Assembly (NCBI GenBank): GCA_016791025.1
Contig: JAEUNX010000082.1
Coordinates: forward strand, 33,487-97,486
DNA from: Zoogloeaceae bacterium
GTDB taxonomy: Bacteria > Pseudomonadota > Gammaproteobacteria > Burkholderiales > Rhodocyclaceae
Direction of reading: 5' to 3'
DNA length: 64,000 nucleotides
Shown: positions 9,694 to 18,473 of the stretch, piece after piece
Layout of the letters: each line of letters begins with the position of its first letter
Position numbering within the stretch: the first letter of the stretch is position 1
The notes under the pieces: model-generated
Told to the model about the DNA's origin: nothing
Database searches by the model: none
What the model saw: the letters and a program-made list of their open reading frames with translations, nothing else
Made by a program: the position numbers and the translations under genes

Positions 9694-10893
9694 TCAGGCG
9701 GGGCGGTGGATGAGATGGGCCAGACGCCCGAGGCGGCCCGACACCATCGGGACCGTGAGCATCGTGCTTGCCACCGCCATCAGCAGCAGGGCGGTGAAGC
9801 TGTCCCGGGTAATGATTGCCTTGTCGAGGAGAACATTGGCAAAGATGATCATGATCAGGGCCTTGGTCTGAAGTAGCCAGCCAATGAGACCAGCCTCCCC
9901 AGGACCCCAACCCAGGATCCGCCCTGCGATGGCCACCCCAGCGAGCTTGCCTGCCACCGACGCGGCGAGAAGCAATGCTGCAGCCAGGAACACCGTCTCC
10001 CCGCCAAGGCTCCAATGGGTCCGCAGTCCGGTGGACAGAAAGAACACCGGCATCATGACCATCAGCACGTGGTGACGGAGGCGGTCCATGTCCTCCTGAC
10101 GAAACCAGGTCGCCTCGACCACCGTTCCGGCGAGGAAAGCACCAACCATGAAATGCAGACCCGACCAATCGGCACCAAAGGCGCACACCAGCAACCAGAT
10201 CAGCGCGACATGCCAACGATCGGGCTCGGACAGGCGGGCCATGATCCGGCGGAAGCCCCAGGCTACCAGCGCAAAAGCCACAAGAAATGCCACCTGCCGG
10301 CCCACCCGCTCCCAGTCGAGCAGAATCAGGGCGAGCACGCCCCAGATGGCAATGTCATCGAGGCTGGCATAGCGCAAGATCCGCTGCCCGATGGGCTGGC
10401 GCAGGATCGCGAGCTTCTCCATGAACAGGATCAGGATCGGCAGGGCGGTCACCGCACAGGCCATCCCCACCCCGGCGACGAACTGCCACGGCTCGGCCGT
10501 CGGACCCATCCAGCCGGGATTGCGACCGAACAGCCAGGCCACGGCACACCCCAGCGCGAGGGGCGTCCCGAGGGCCAGCGCGGCGGTAAGCAAGCTCTCA
10601 CGCCGATGGCGCCAGGCCTTGGCCAGATCCAGCTCCACCCCGGCGATCATGACAAAGAGCATCACCGCCCACCAGGCGACCCCGTTCAGCGCCTGAATGA
10701 CCTGGGGCGTAAAAACGAAACCATAGCCCTCTGGCCACCAGCGCCCAAGGACTCCGGGTCCGAGGAGAATGCCGGCCACGATTTGGACCACGACCAGGGG
10801 CGCCCAGCGATCGGTACGGCCCAACCGCCACACCAGCCAGGGCAACGTGAAAACGATGCCCAGTGCGAGCAGGTAGACCTCGGTGCTGTTCAT
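9694..10893 (-). CDS. Cation:proton antiporter (Na+/H+ exchanger family)
   Basis: 399 aa, hydrophobic throughout (about 11-12 TM). Its ATG overlaps the upstream glycosyltransferase stop (ATGA at 10890-10893). Confidence 0.7.
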   Translation of the reverse strand: MNSTEVYLLALGIVFTLPWLVWRLGRTDRWAPLVVVQIVAGILLGPGVLGRWWPEGYGFVFTPQVIQALNGVAWWAVMLFVMIAGVELDLAKAWRHRRESLLTAALALGTPLALGCAVAWLFGRNPGWMGPTAEPWQFVAGVGMACAVTALPILILFMEKLAILRQPIGQRILRYASLDDIAIWGVLALILLDWERVGRQVAFLVAFALVAWGFRRIMARLSEPDRWHVALIWLLVCAFGADWSGLHFMVGAFLAGTVVEATWFRQEDMDRLRHHVLMVMMPVFFLSTGLRTHWSLGGETVFLAAALLLAASVAGKLAGVAIAGRILGWGPGEAGLIGWLLQTKALIMIIFANVLLDKAIITRDSFTALLLMAVASTMLTVPMVSGRLGRLAHLIHRPA

Positions 10894-11645
10894 AAAAACC
10901 GCCTTGCCAGCAATACCGGTAGCCGCAACAGAAAGCCCAGGAAGAGCCGGGTATGCATCCAGGTCAGCAGGGTGTTGTCCCGCAGGTAGCGAAAGTGGGA
11001 GACGCCCCCCTCCTCCGCCGACAAATAGCGGACTGGGGCCTCCAGATTAACCGGTCGCACGCCGGCCCAACACAACCGGACCACCGCCTCGGGATCAAAA
11101 TCGAAGCGCCGCATGAAGCGGGTCGACGCCATGATCCGGCGTAACGGCGCGATGGGATAGACCCGAAAGCCATAAAGGGAATCGCCAACCCCCATCCAAA
11201 GGGTTTCCAGGTTGGCCCAGGCATTCGAAACCTTGCGCCCATTGACGCGCAGCGAGGGCGCCTCCGGGCCGAAAACCGGCCTGCCAAGGATCATCACCTC
11301 AGGCCGGGCCTGGGAAGCTGCCATGAACGCCGGGATCTGCTCGGCCGGATGTTGGCCGTCGGAATCCATGGTGAGGGCGTGGGTGAATCCCTCGGCAGCG
11401 GCCAGGGCGAGCCCTTCCAGGACGGCCCCGCCCTTGCCCCGGTTGGATTCCAAAACGATTACCCTGAGGCCTGGATCATGTTGGGCCATAGCGCGGAGCA
11501 TTTCCGGGCTGCCGTCGGTGCTTCCGTCGGTCACCACCCAGACCGGGTCCCAGTGGGCCCGGGCCAAGGCCACGGTATCCAGCACCCGGGCACCGGGGTT
11601 GTAGCTGGGGATGAGAACCAGATGGGTAGCGGATCGGACCGGCAA
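10890..11645 (-). CDS. Family 2 glycosyltransferase
   Basis: LIPSYNPG...VVTDGSTDGS...MDSDGQH, a GT-A/GT2 pattern. Confidence 0.75.
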   Translation of the reverse strand: MPVRSATHLVLIPSYNPGARVLDTVALARAHWDPVWVVTDGSTDGSPEMLRAMAQHDPGLRVIVLESNRGKGGAVLEGLALAAAEGFTHALTMDSDGQHPAEQIPAFMAASQARPEVMILGRPVFGPEAPSLRVNGRKVSNAWANLETLWMGVGDSLYGFRVYPIAPLRRIMASTRFMRRFDFDPEAVVRLCWAGVRPVNLEAPVRYLSAEEGGVSHFRYLRDNTLLTWMHTRLFLGFLLRLPVLLARRFL

Positions 11646-11654
11646 GGCGAGCTC

Positions 11655-12428
11655 TCAGGCGGGGATGCCCTGGGGCGTGGTGGACAAGGAGTCGCGGAAG
11701 CTCGACTCGAGGTCCCGGGCGAAAGTAGCCAGATCGGTAGGCGGATTGAAGCGCCGTCCCAAACGCAGGCTGAAGGTGAGTGGAAGCTGCGGCCGGCGGA
11801 AGAGCGGCCAATCCCGGCCGAGATAGGGCGTCGAACAGGCGATGAGCACCGTCTGGATCGGGACGCCGGCCCGGGCCGAGATCAGACCGACACTGGGCAG
11901 ACAGCGATCCACAGGAAATCGCCGGGTTCGGGAGCCTTCCGGGAAGATCAGCAAATGCGCGCCCTGGGTCAGGTTGTCCCGGGCATCGAGGATCATCTTG
12001 AGGGGCGCATCGTTACGGATGTAGCGGGCGAGGCGCGCGGCGGCGCCGAAAAGGATGTTGTCCATCAGACTTGCCTTCATCACGCAGACCGCCTCGGGCA
12101 AGCGGGAGACGATCATCACCGCATCAAGCAATGACGGGTGATTGGCCGCCACGATGAGCGGATGCTCCTCTCGCAAGGCATCCAGAGCGGCTAAGTCGAA
12201 GCGGCAAAGGCACAGCCGCTCCAGGAGCCAGAGATAGACCCGAAAGCCAAGGGCGATGGCCCGGCGGCCGAGGGGCTGGGCGATCCGTTGCGGAACGGTG
12301 AGGTGGATGAGCAGTGAAATTGGCATCCAGATCAGGCACAGGACCGCGAGCAGCCCCAGACCCAGGCCCATGGCCAGGATTTCATAGGCCGGCCACCAAG
12401 GCGGCACAGCGCGACGCGGCTCAGTCAT
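11655..12428 (-). CDS. PlsC-like lysophospholipid acyltransferase
   Basis: Start moved to ATG 12428 (MTEPRRAVPPWW). HX4D motif AANHPSLLDAV and an FPEGSRT block are present. Confidence 0.75.
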   Translation of the reverse strand: MTEPRRAVPPWWPAYEILAMGLGLGLLAVLCLIWMPISLLIHLTVPQRIAQPLGRRAIALGFRVYLWLLERLCLCRFDLAALDALREEHPLIVAANHPSLLDAVMIVSRLPEAVCVMKASLMDNILFGAAARLARYIRNDAPLKMILDARDNLTQGAHLLIFPEGSRTRRFPVDRCLPSVGLISARAGVPIQTVLIACSTPYLGRDWPLFRRPQLPLTFSLRLGRRFNPPTDLATFARDLESSFRDSLSTTPQGIPA

Positions 12429-13266
12429 CGACCCGAACACGAACCGACGACTCACGAAAGATCCAGGATACGGCGACCCCCCCGGAGAAATTGTCGCTGC
12501 GCTTGACGAGGGGACTGTCCTCGAAAACGGCTCCGGCGAGATTGTCATAACGGGCAAAGGCGCCCACCCACAGGCCAGGAAAGCGCTTCGAGACCGCCGC
12601 CAGATACTGCATGCCGCCGAACCCCGCGCGGGCGGAGTAAGCGGGCCGATCGGCACGAGCAAAACGCGGAGCTACTTCGTAAAAGTAGGCATGCTGGCGG
12701 CGGTCGCCGAATACCGGTCCGGCCTGGAGACCCAGATTCCAACCCGCAAGGCCGGGAAGATCGGTAACGTCCAGATTGAATCGCGGATGGACCACCCAAC
12801 CAATGTCCTGGGGCGGCCCCTCCAGGGTGAAGGCGGCCCGGGCGGGAACCAGGAGCTTCAGGCTACGCGCACGACTGGCCGATCGCCAAAGGGTGAGATC
12901 GATCTCGGGGCCGAGTTCGAAGGTCGCCTTGAGGTCGGCCATACCAGCCCGGGCCCGGGCATCGTCGCTCGCCACTGGGGGAGACAAGGCGGCCGATATA
13001 GTGAATTCGAGGCGATCGGAATCGAATACCTCGCCCCGGACCCCATGCCGATCCGCCTTGAGAATTTCCCCATGGTAGGTGAAGTAGGGAACGGGTAGGA
13101 GAAACTGGTTTTGCTCGTCCGACCCCCGATAGGCGGGGAAGCTCAGCGCCCCCACGCCGGCCCCTAACTCCCACAAAGGCTGATCGCCCGCAGCCCCCGC
13201 TTCGGTGCCACCGCCAAACAGCAGCGCCAAACCCAGGAATCCCACCGGGACCTTCGTGATCATCAT
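12421..13266 (-). CDS. MipA/OmpV-like outer-membrane protein
   Basis: Signal peptide MMITKVPVGFLGLALLFGGGTEAGA and Gly/aromatic-rich beta-barrel-like repeats. ATGA overlap with the upstream stop. Confidence 0.6.
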   Translation of the reverse strand: MMITKVPVGFLGLALLFGGGTEAGAAGDQPLWELGAGVGALSFPAYRGSDEQNQFLLPVPYFTYHGEILKADRHGVRGEVFDSDRLEFTISAALSPPVASDDARARAGMADLKATFELGPEIDLTLWRSASRARSLKLLVPARAAFTLEGPPQDIGWVVHPRFNLDVTDLPGLAGWNLGLQAGPVFGDRRQHAYFYEVAPRFARADRPAYSARAGFGGMQYLAAVSKRFPGLWVGAFARYDNLAGAVFEDSPLVKRSDNFSGGVAVSWIFRESSVRVRVDD

Positions 13267-14273
13267 GGTCGCGCCTCCCTGAACCCCACCGCTTCAACCT
13301 CGAGCAATAACTCGGAACGACAAACATCTGCCTGAAGAAAGATCGCCGGAGCCACCGCGCCGACGCGGCTGCGAAGGACATCGCATACCTGTGCGTAATC
13401 TCCGGGGTGACGGACATAGACGCGATAGGTGAGCTCCGACAGCCCAAAGCCCGCGTCGGGGCTAATCTCCGCCGCGCGGGCGAGCAGCGCCTCGATGTTG
13501 TCGAGGGACTCATGGCATTGCCGGGCCGCATCCCCGGTATGCAGCGTGGCGTGGCCGACAATGCTGGCCGTGCCCGAAATAAAAAGCACCGCCTGTCGAT
13601 CCAGGCGCACCAGGCCGGCGCGGGAAAACGTCGGACTTGCGGGGCCGTATTCCGGTGGATAGTCATAGGCGCTGATCTGGCGGGGATTTTCGATCGCAAG
13701 CAGGGGCTGGAATCCCGCCAGGAAGGCTACCGACACCGGCCCCCCTGCCAGGCCCAGGGCACTGGCCGCTGGCACAGCCCCCCGCACAGCCCGTCCGGCC
13801 GCCATAAAGGCATGCTGCCGTCCCTGATTGAACTGACGATAGCGTTCCAACCCGTCCGTTTCGCGGTTGATGTCGGCAAGAAAATTCCAGACTCGCCAAA
13901 GATGGGGTATCCCCTGGCTCGCAGCCAACGCGAAGACCTTTTCATAGGCCACCCGCCCCGCCGCCTGAAGGGTGGTCTCGTCGGCACCTCGGAGCGCCAC
14001 CGCCTCGGGCACCTCGACCACCGCAAACAGGACGCCACCCTGGCGCGCCCAAGACACCCCATGACCAGTCCCGGTTTCAACGGGTCCGTCACTACGCCAC
14101 ATCTCGAAAAGCGCCGCGGAAGATGCGCCCAGAAGCGGCGCCACCACACGCTGGACCGGTAGTGGCACAGAATCCGGCCCGACGTCAGACCCGAGCCGAA
14201 CGGCTCCCAACCCAGCCATCCCAGGGGGACGGTCCTCCCCGCCAGCCGCAAGAATGTCGAGTCGCAAGCTCAC
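13263..14273 (-). CDS. FkbO/Hyg5/XanB2-type chorismatase (hydroxybenzoate-forming)
   Basis: C-terminal YjgF/RidA-like block FISGTASIVGHATLHTGDAARQCHESLDNIEALL, preceded by ENPRQISAYDYPPEYGPASPTFSRA. Start is uncertain: GTG 14273 abuts the upstream TAG, with an alternative ATG at 14219. Confidence 0.7.
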   Translation of the reverse strand: MSLRLDILAAGGEDRPPGMAGLGAVRLGSDVGPDSVPLPVQRVVAPLLGASSAALFEMWRSDGPVETGTGHGVSWARQGGVLFAVVEVPEAVALRGADETTLQAAGRVAYEKVFALAASQGIPHLWRVWNFLADINRETDGLERYRQFNQGRQHAFMAAGRAVRGAVPAASALGLAGGPVSVAFLAGFQPLLAIENPRQISAYDYPPEYGPASPTFSRAGLVRLDRQAVLFISGTASIVGHATLHTGDAARQCHESLDNIEALLARAAEISPDAGFGLSELTYRVYVRHPGDYAQVCDVLRSRVGAVAPAIFLQADVCRSELLLEVEAVGFREARP

Positions 14274-15649
14274 TAGGCGTTGTACAAAGCCGCGTCGTCG
14301 ACCTTGCGGATGTTCAAGCGCCGGCGCCGCCACCCTTGGAGAGCCCGGCGGGGCTGGACGATATTGGCGACGTAGTAAATCGTCTTGAAGATCCGCAATG
14401 ACCGCCAGATCGGTGTCGAACCGAATATGTCCCCAGCCAATACGGAAAGCAATGCCTCCTTCACCCGGAAGATGTTCTTCGGGTCCATGAAGAACTCCCG
14501 CATGATGGGATTGGTGACCCGATAGATGAACCACGAAAACTCTTTGGGGCCCCGCCGCATGAGCCGGTCGAAGCGCCTGAGGGCAGCCCGCGCCTCGGCC
14601 GGGCGCGACAGACAGGTGTCGATCACCTCTGCCGCGACCATCCCGCTGTTCATCGCCAGCAACACGCCAGAAGAAAAGACCGGGTCGATGAAGGCAAAGG
14701 CATCCCCGAGCATGACGTAATTGGGGCCGTGATTGCGCTCGGCTGTGTAAGAGAAGTTACCTGTGGCTTCCACCTTGGTGACAAGAGCCGCCCCATCAAG
14801 CCGCGCCGCAAGGGCCGGGCAACTATCGATGCCATCAAGAAAATAGCGCTCTAGGCTGCGAGTTCCCTTGGTCTTCATGAAGTACGGCCAAGTCACCATA
14901 CCCACGCTGGTGATGCCGTTCTGCATCGGAATGAACCAGAACCAGCCATGCTCGAACCAGAAGATCGTGATGTTGCCTTCCTCGGTTCCTGCATGCCGCC
15001 TGGCCCCGCGGAAGTGGCCATAGACCGCCGAGCTGTTGTGACGCGGATTGCGGTGTTTGATCTGGAATCGGTTAGCGAGAAAGGTTTCTCGGCCAGAGGC
15101 GTCCACGAGAAAGCGGGCTTCCCATTCGCTTTCACGTCCGTCGTCATGGGCGGCGGTAACCACGACCGACTGATCCGCCTGGAAGACCACATCGCGCGCC
15201 CTGCACCCCTCCTCAACCTGCACGCCCTGGCGCGCCGCGTTGCGGATCAGGATCTCGTCAAACTCTTCACGCCGAACCTGGTAGGCGTAGGGCATGGATT
15301 TATCCCAGGCATCGGCAAAATGGAAGACTTGGGGTTTGTCGTGAAACGGTGAAACGAACTCGGCCCCAGGCTTGTGCATGCCAATGGCCCGAACCTCATC
15401 CGCGACCCCAAGCGTTTCAAAAAGCGGCAGGTTGGCCGGAAGCAGGGATTCACCAATATGAAAGCGTGGGTGGCGCGCCTTCTCCAGCACCACGACGTCA
15501 TAGCCCTTGCGGGCGAGCATCGGCGCGACGGTGGCGCCCGCCGGCCCCCCGCCGATCACGATCACATCGCACCGCTGGCGTACCGATTCTGGATTGTCCC
15601 CTTGCAACACGGCCACCTCACCCAAACCCGGCGTCTCGCAGAAGATCAA
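14273..15649 (-). CDS. Flavin-dependent halogenase
   Basis: VIVIGGGPAGAT dinucleotide fold plus GWFWFIP, the WxWxIP halogenase signature. The listed ORF starts at TTG 15649; the true start may be an internal GTG. Confidence 0.75.
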   Translation of the reverse strand: MIFCETPGLGEVAVLQGDNPESVRQRCDVIVIGGGPAGATVAPMLARKGYDVVVLEKARHPRFHIGESLLPANLPLFETLGVADEVRAIGMHKPGAEFVSPFHDKPQVFHFADAWDKSMPYAYQVRREEFDEILIRNAARQGVQVEEGCRARDVVFQADQSVVVTAAHDDGRESEWEARFLVDASGRETFLANRFQIKHRNPRHNSSAVYGHFRGARRHAGTEEGNITIFWFEHGWFWFIPMQNGITSVGMVTWPYFMKTKGTRSLERYFLDGIDSCPALAARLDGAALVTKVEATGNFSYTAERNHGPNYVMLGDAFAFIDPVFSSGVLLAMNSGMVAAEVIDTCLSRPAEARAALRRFDRLMRRGPKEFSWFIYRVTNPIMREFFMDPKNIFRVKEALLSVLAGDIFGSTPIWRSLRIFKTIYYVANIVQPRRALQGWRRRRLNIRKVDDAALYNA

Positions 15650-15908
15650 GCGAAGCCAACGGGCTGAAACGTCGAAAATGCCAGAATTATACAGAGGGCG
15701 GGCAGGTCTCCACTCACCTGCCAGATAGTGTTACCGCTAGCCGATGGCGCACTAACCCGAAAATTTCAGGACGGCAACTCGCCGCGCTCCGCAATTTCGC
15801 CTAGCCCACGTGCAGAAAAGGACAATAGGCGGCACAGCTTCAGCCCAAAAATGCTGCTGAACTAAGATGTACCAGTTGGCGCAGAGGGCAGAGCGTAACC
15901 GACGGCCT

Positions 15909-16124
15909 TCAGCAGAAGTGCCCCGCGACATGCGGGAGTCGCGGCGGCGTTACGTCGGTCGGGGCTACCTGACGGATCGCCTTTTCAAGTGGACCAATAC
16001 CACTATCCAGCAATCCCTTGATTACTCCGATGAGATCGTCCCGCAGCGACCCAAGTGGTGCAACGTCCGACCCGATTCGATCGACCTCCGACTGGCCCGC
16101 AAGCCGCGGCTCCCATTGCTCCAT
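15909..16124 (-). CDS. Hypothetical protein (71 aa), weak call
   Basis: ORF only. Co-oriented with the island genes, with a weak RBS. Confidence 0.25.
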   Translation of the reverse strand: MEQWEPRLAGQSEVDRIGSDVAPLGSLRDDLIGVIKGLLDSGIGPLEKAIRQVAPTDVTPPRLPHVAGHFC

Positions 16125-16216
16125 CCCATAGCTGCACAGGGAATCATGGATTCGGAACTTTGGGGCTACCCTCGTTGGGGTAGCCGATTTTGTTGTTGTC
16201 CATCATGCCCTCCTCC

Positions 16217-16477
16217 TCAATCGGCCTTGCGGCTCTTCTCGATTTGGGCGCTCAGCCAAACGTCAATCTCGGCTTCGATCCAGCCGACAGCCTTCTCGCC
16301 AAGCGAGATTGGGGCCGGGAAGGTGCCGGCCTTGATGCAGTCGTAAATAGTCGACCTTGAAAGCCCCTTGCGGGCCTCCACTTGGCGCCGCCGAATGATG
16401 GTCAGCGCGGTTTGGATTTGTGCGGCCATGCGGATTTCTCCGTAATGAACCGGAACATACCGGCACGGCCCGCACAA
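16217..16477 (-). CDS. alpA: AlpA-family phage/island transcriptional regulator (excision control)
   Basis: 86 aa. RRRQVEARKGLSRSTIYDCIKAGTFPAPISLGEKAVGWIEAEIDVWL is the typical AlpA/MerR-like HTH pattern. Confidence 0.8.
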   Translation of the reverse strand: MCGPCRYVPVHYGEIRMAAQIQTALTIIRRRQVEARKGLSRSTIYDCIKAGTFPAPISLGEKAVGWIEAEIDVWLSAQIEKSRKAD

Positions 16478-16538
16478 TAGAAAGGCGCGGAAAGGCTAAG
16501 GCCGAATTCGGTTTTCGGTTCACGAATTCGGTTTTCGC

Positions 16539-16838
16539 CTACTTCCCGCGGCGCTCGATAGCCTCGGGGATCAGCTTGAGAATATTCCGCACGGTGTCAT
16601 CGCTCACAGGTGCGCCGATTAACTGAGTCCAATCAGCGATGCGCCCCGCTGCCCCACGCTCGCCGAGGTCAATTTGGGCTTGATCCGCCAATGTCCCGAT
16701 GATGGTCAAAAGGGTATCGCGAGCCCTGGTCTCCGCAGCCTTGGGTTTTGGAGGCTCACGGGAACCAAGTCCTTTTCGAATTGCATCAAAGTCCGGGCAT
16801 TTGTCAGACGGCCATCCGAACCTCTGCATAATCGCCAT
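16539..16838 (-). CDS. Hypothetical island protein (99 aa)
   Basis: ORF in the island orientation, 61 nt upstream of alpA. No family recognised. Confidence 0.45.
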   Translation of the reverse strand: MAIMQRFGWPSDKCPDFDAIRKGLGSREPPKPKAAETRARDTLLTIIGTLADQAQIDLGERGAAGRIADWTQLIGAPVSDDTVRNILKLIPEAIERRGK

Positions 16839-16862
16839 AGCGACGTCATGCTCCTTTTCCCC

Positions 16863-17123
16863 TTAGTCGGGGGTGTCGCCTGGGTGGCGAATGAGGAAGA
16901 AGTACGAATACTTGCAGTGCTCTGCCAAAGCATCCAGTGCCCGATTTTTGGCTCGCTCATCTGCATGCCCGAACCGTCCAAATCGGTCCCAGGTGTAGAT
17001 TCCGTTTTGCTCAATAGCCGTTGCCAATGTGCCAATTCCAGAGCTCCGGCTCTTTAGAACGTCACGTAAGCATACGAAGGGGTTAAGGTCGAAATCGTCT
17101 TCGGTATCACTGAGTTCGCTCAT
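16863..17123 (-). CDS. Hypothetical island protein (86 aa, acidic N-terminus)
   Basis: ORF 24 nt upstream of 16539..16838. No family recognised. Confidence 0.45.
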   Translation of the reverse strand: MSELSDTEDDFDLNPFVCLRDVLKSRSSGIGTLATAIEQNGIYTWDRFGRFGHADERAKNRALDALAEHCKYSYFFLIRHPGDTPD

Positions 17124-17229
17124 CTTCGCGCCTGACCCTTGATTGGAAGCCGCGCTGGCCGGACAAGGGAATCCGGTTTGCGCCCTCGGGGATCAGCCTT
17201 GGGCCAGGCGCGGCAAACTGGCTATCGGG

Positions 17230-18268
17230 TCATGCGGCCCCGCGCGCCGGCAAGGCCACCACCTCCGCCCCGGCCTTGAGGCGATCCAGATAGTCTGCCC
17301 ATCGCTGCATCATGGCCCGCCGCGCCTTGAGGAACTTCGTCCCGTTGTAGGCCGTGCCCAGGGCGTCGGGCACACAGTGGGCTAGCTGGTGTTCGATCAC
17401 GTGTTGGTCGAATTCGAGCACCTCATGAAGAATGGTCCGCGCCATCGCCCTAAAGCCGTGGCCGGTCATCCCGGTCTTGGTGTCGTAGCCCATCCGGCGC
17501 AGGGCTGCGTTCACCGCCGCGTCGCTCATCGGTTTCTTGGGATCGCGGCCCGCGAACACATGAGCACCGCGGCCGGTCAGGGGGTGCAGGTCTCGCAGGA
17601 TCACCACCGCCTGGGAGGGCAGCGGGACAAGGTGGGGCTGCCGCGCCTTCATCCGATCGGGCGGGATGTTCCACTCCCCTTTCTCCAGGTCGAATTCCGC
17701 CCATTCCGCCCGGCGCAGTTCGCCAGGCCGGACAAATAGCAGCGGGGCCAGTTTGAGGGCTGATTGCACGATCAGGGTGCCCCGGAAGGCTTCGATCGCT
17801 CGCAGCAGCGCCGCCACCTCGGCGGGCTCGGTAATCGCGGCCATGTGCTTCTCCCGGGTGGGAGGAAGGGCGCCCAGCAGGTCGCCGGTGGGATCGCGCT
17901 GAGCCCGGCCGGTCGCCACGGCATAGCGGAAGACCTGTCCGCAATTCTGGAGGGCACGGTGGGCCGTTTCCAGCCTTCCGCGGGCCTCGATACGTCGAAC
18001 GGTCGCCAGCACATTGGGGGCGGCCAGGTCGGCAATGGGCCTGCCGCCGATCCACGGGAAGATGTCGCGCTCCAGGCGGCGGATGATCTTATCTGCGTTG
18101 CCTGGTGCCCAGGGACAGCAGCTTTTCCTTACCCCCAAATCGGTACTTCAGCCGCCACCACTTACCCCCGTTGGGGGTAATCAGCAGGAACAGCCCTTTC
18201 TCGTCAGCCGCCTTGACGGGTTTTTCGCCGGGCTTGAGGGCGCGGATCGCGGTATCGGTCAGGGGCAT
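17230..18268 (-). pseudogene. P4-type tyrosine integrase, internally deleted and frameshifted
   Basis: The N-terminal arm domain MPLTDTAIRALKPGEKPVKAADEKGLFLLITPNGGKWWRLKYRFGGKEKLLSLG (ORF 18089..18334) stops after ..GTRQRR. The catalytic part (ORF 17230..18138: ...RPGELRRAEW...HGFRAMARTIL...HQLAH...Y) is in another frame. About 70 aa of linker normally found between the two is missing. Confidence 0.8.
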
Positions 18269-18473
18269 GAAGGGGTCCGGGTCCGTGGTCAGGGGTTCGA
18301 TTGCATGCCACCGCCTGCCACCCAGTACTGCCAAGCATTCGTCCGTAATTCAGTAATGGCGCGGGTTTCAGCGGCATTTGGGGGTGCCTGATTGGCATAG
18401 CATGGCAGATACCCCCAATGTCGCCCCCACGAAAAGCCGGACTTCAACAGCCCTCGTCGGCACGCTACGGACG

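Noticed and set aside
15650-15900. attR, a direct repeat of the ssrA 3' end at the far side of the islet
   Set aside because: No stretch resembling TGGTGGAGCCGGGGGGAATCGAACCCCC or its sub-segments was seen by eye. A computational search is needed, so the left boundary of the mobile element is only approximate. A TATAAT (minus strand, about 15686..15691) is present, but no good -35 accompanies it.
15867-16346. 159-aa plus-strand ORF in the island
   Set aside because: Its 3' half overlaps alpA on the opposite strand and reads as Cys/Pro/Ser-rich nonsense. The island genes are consistently on the minus strand.
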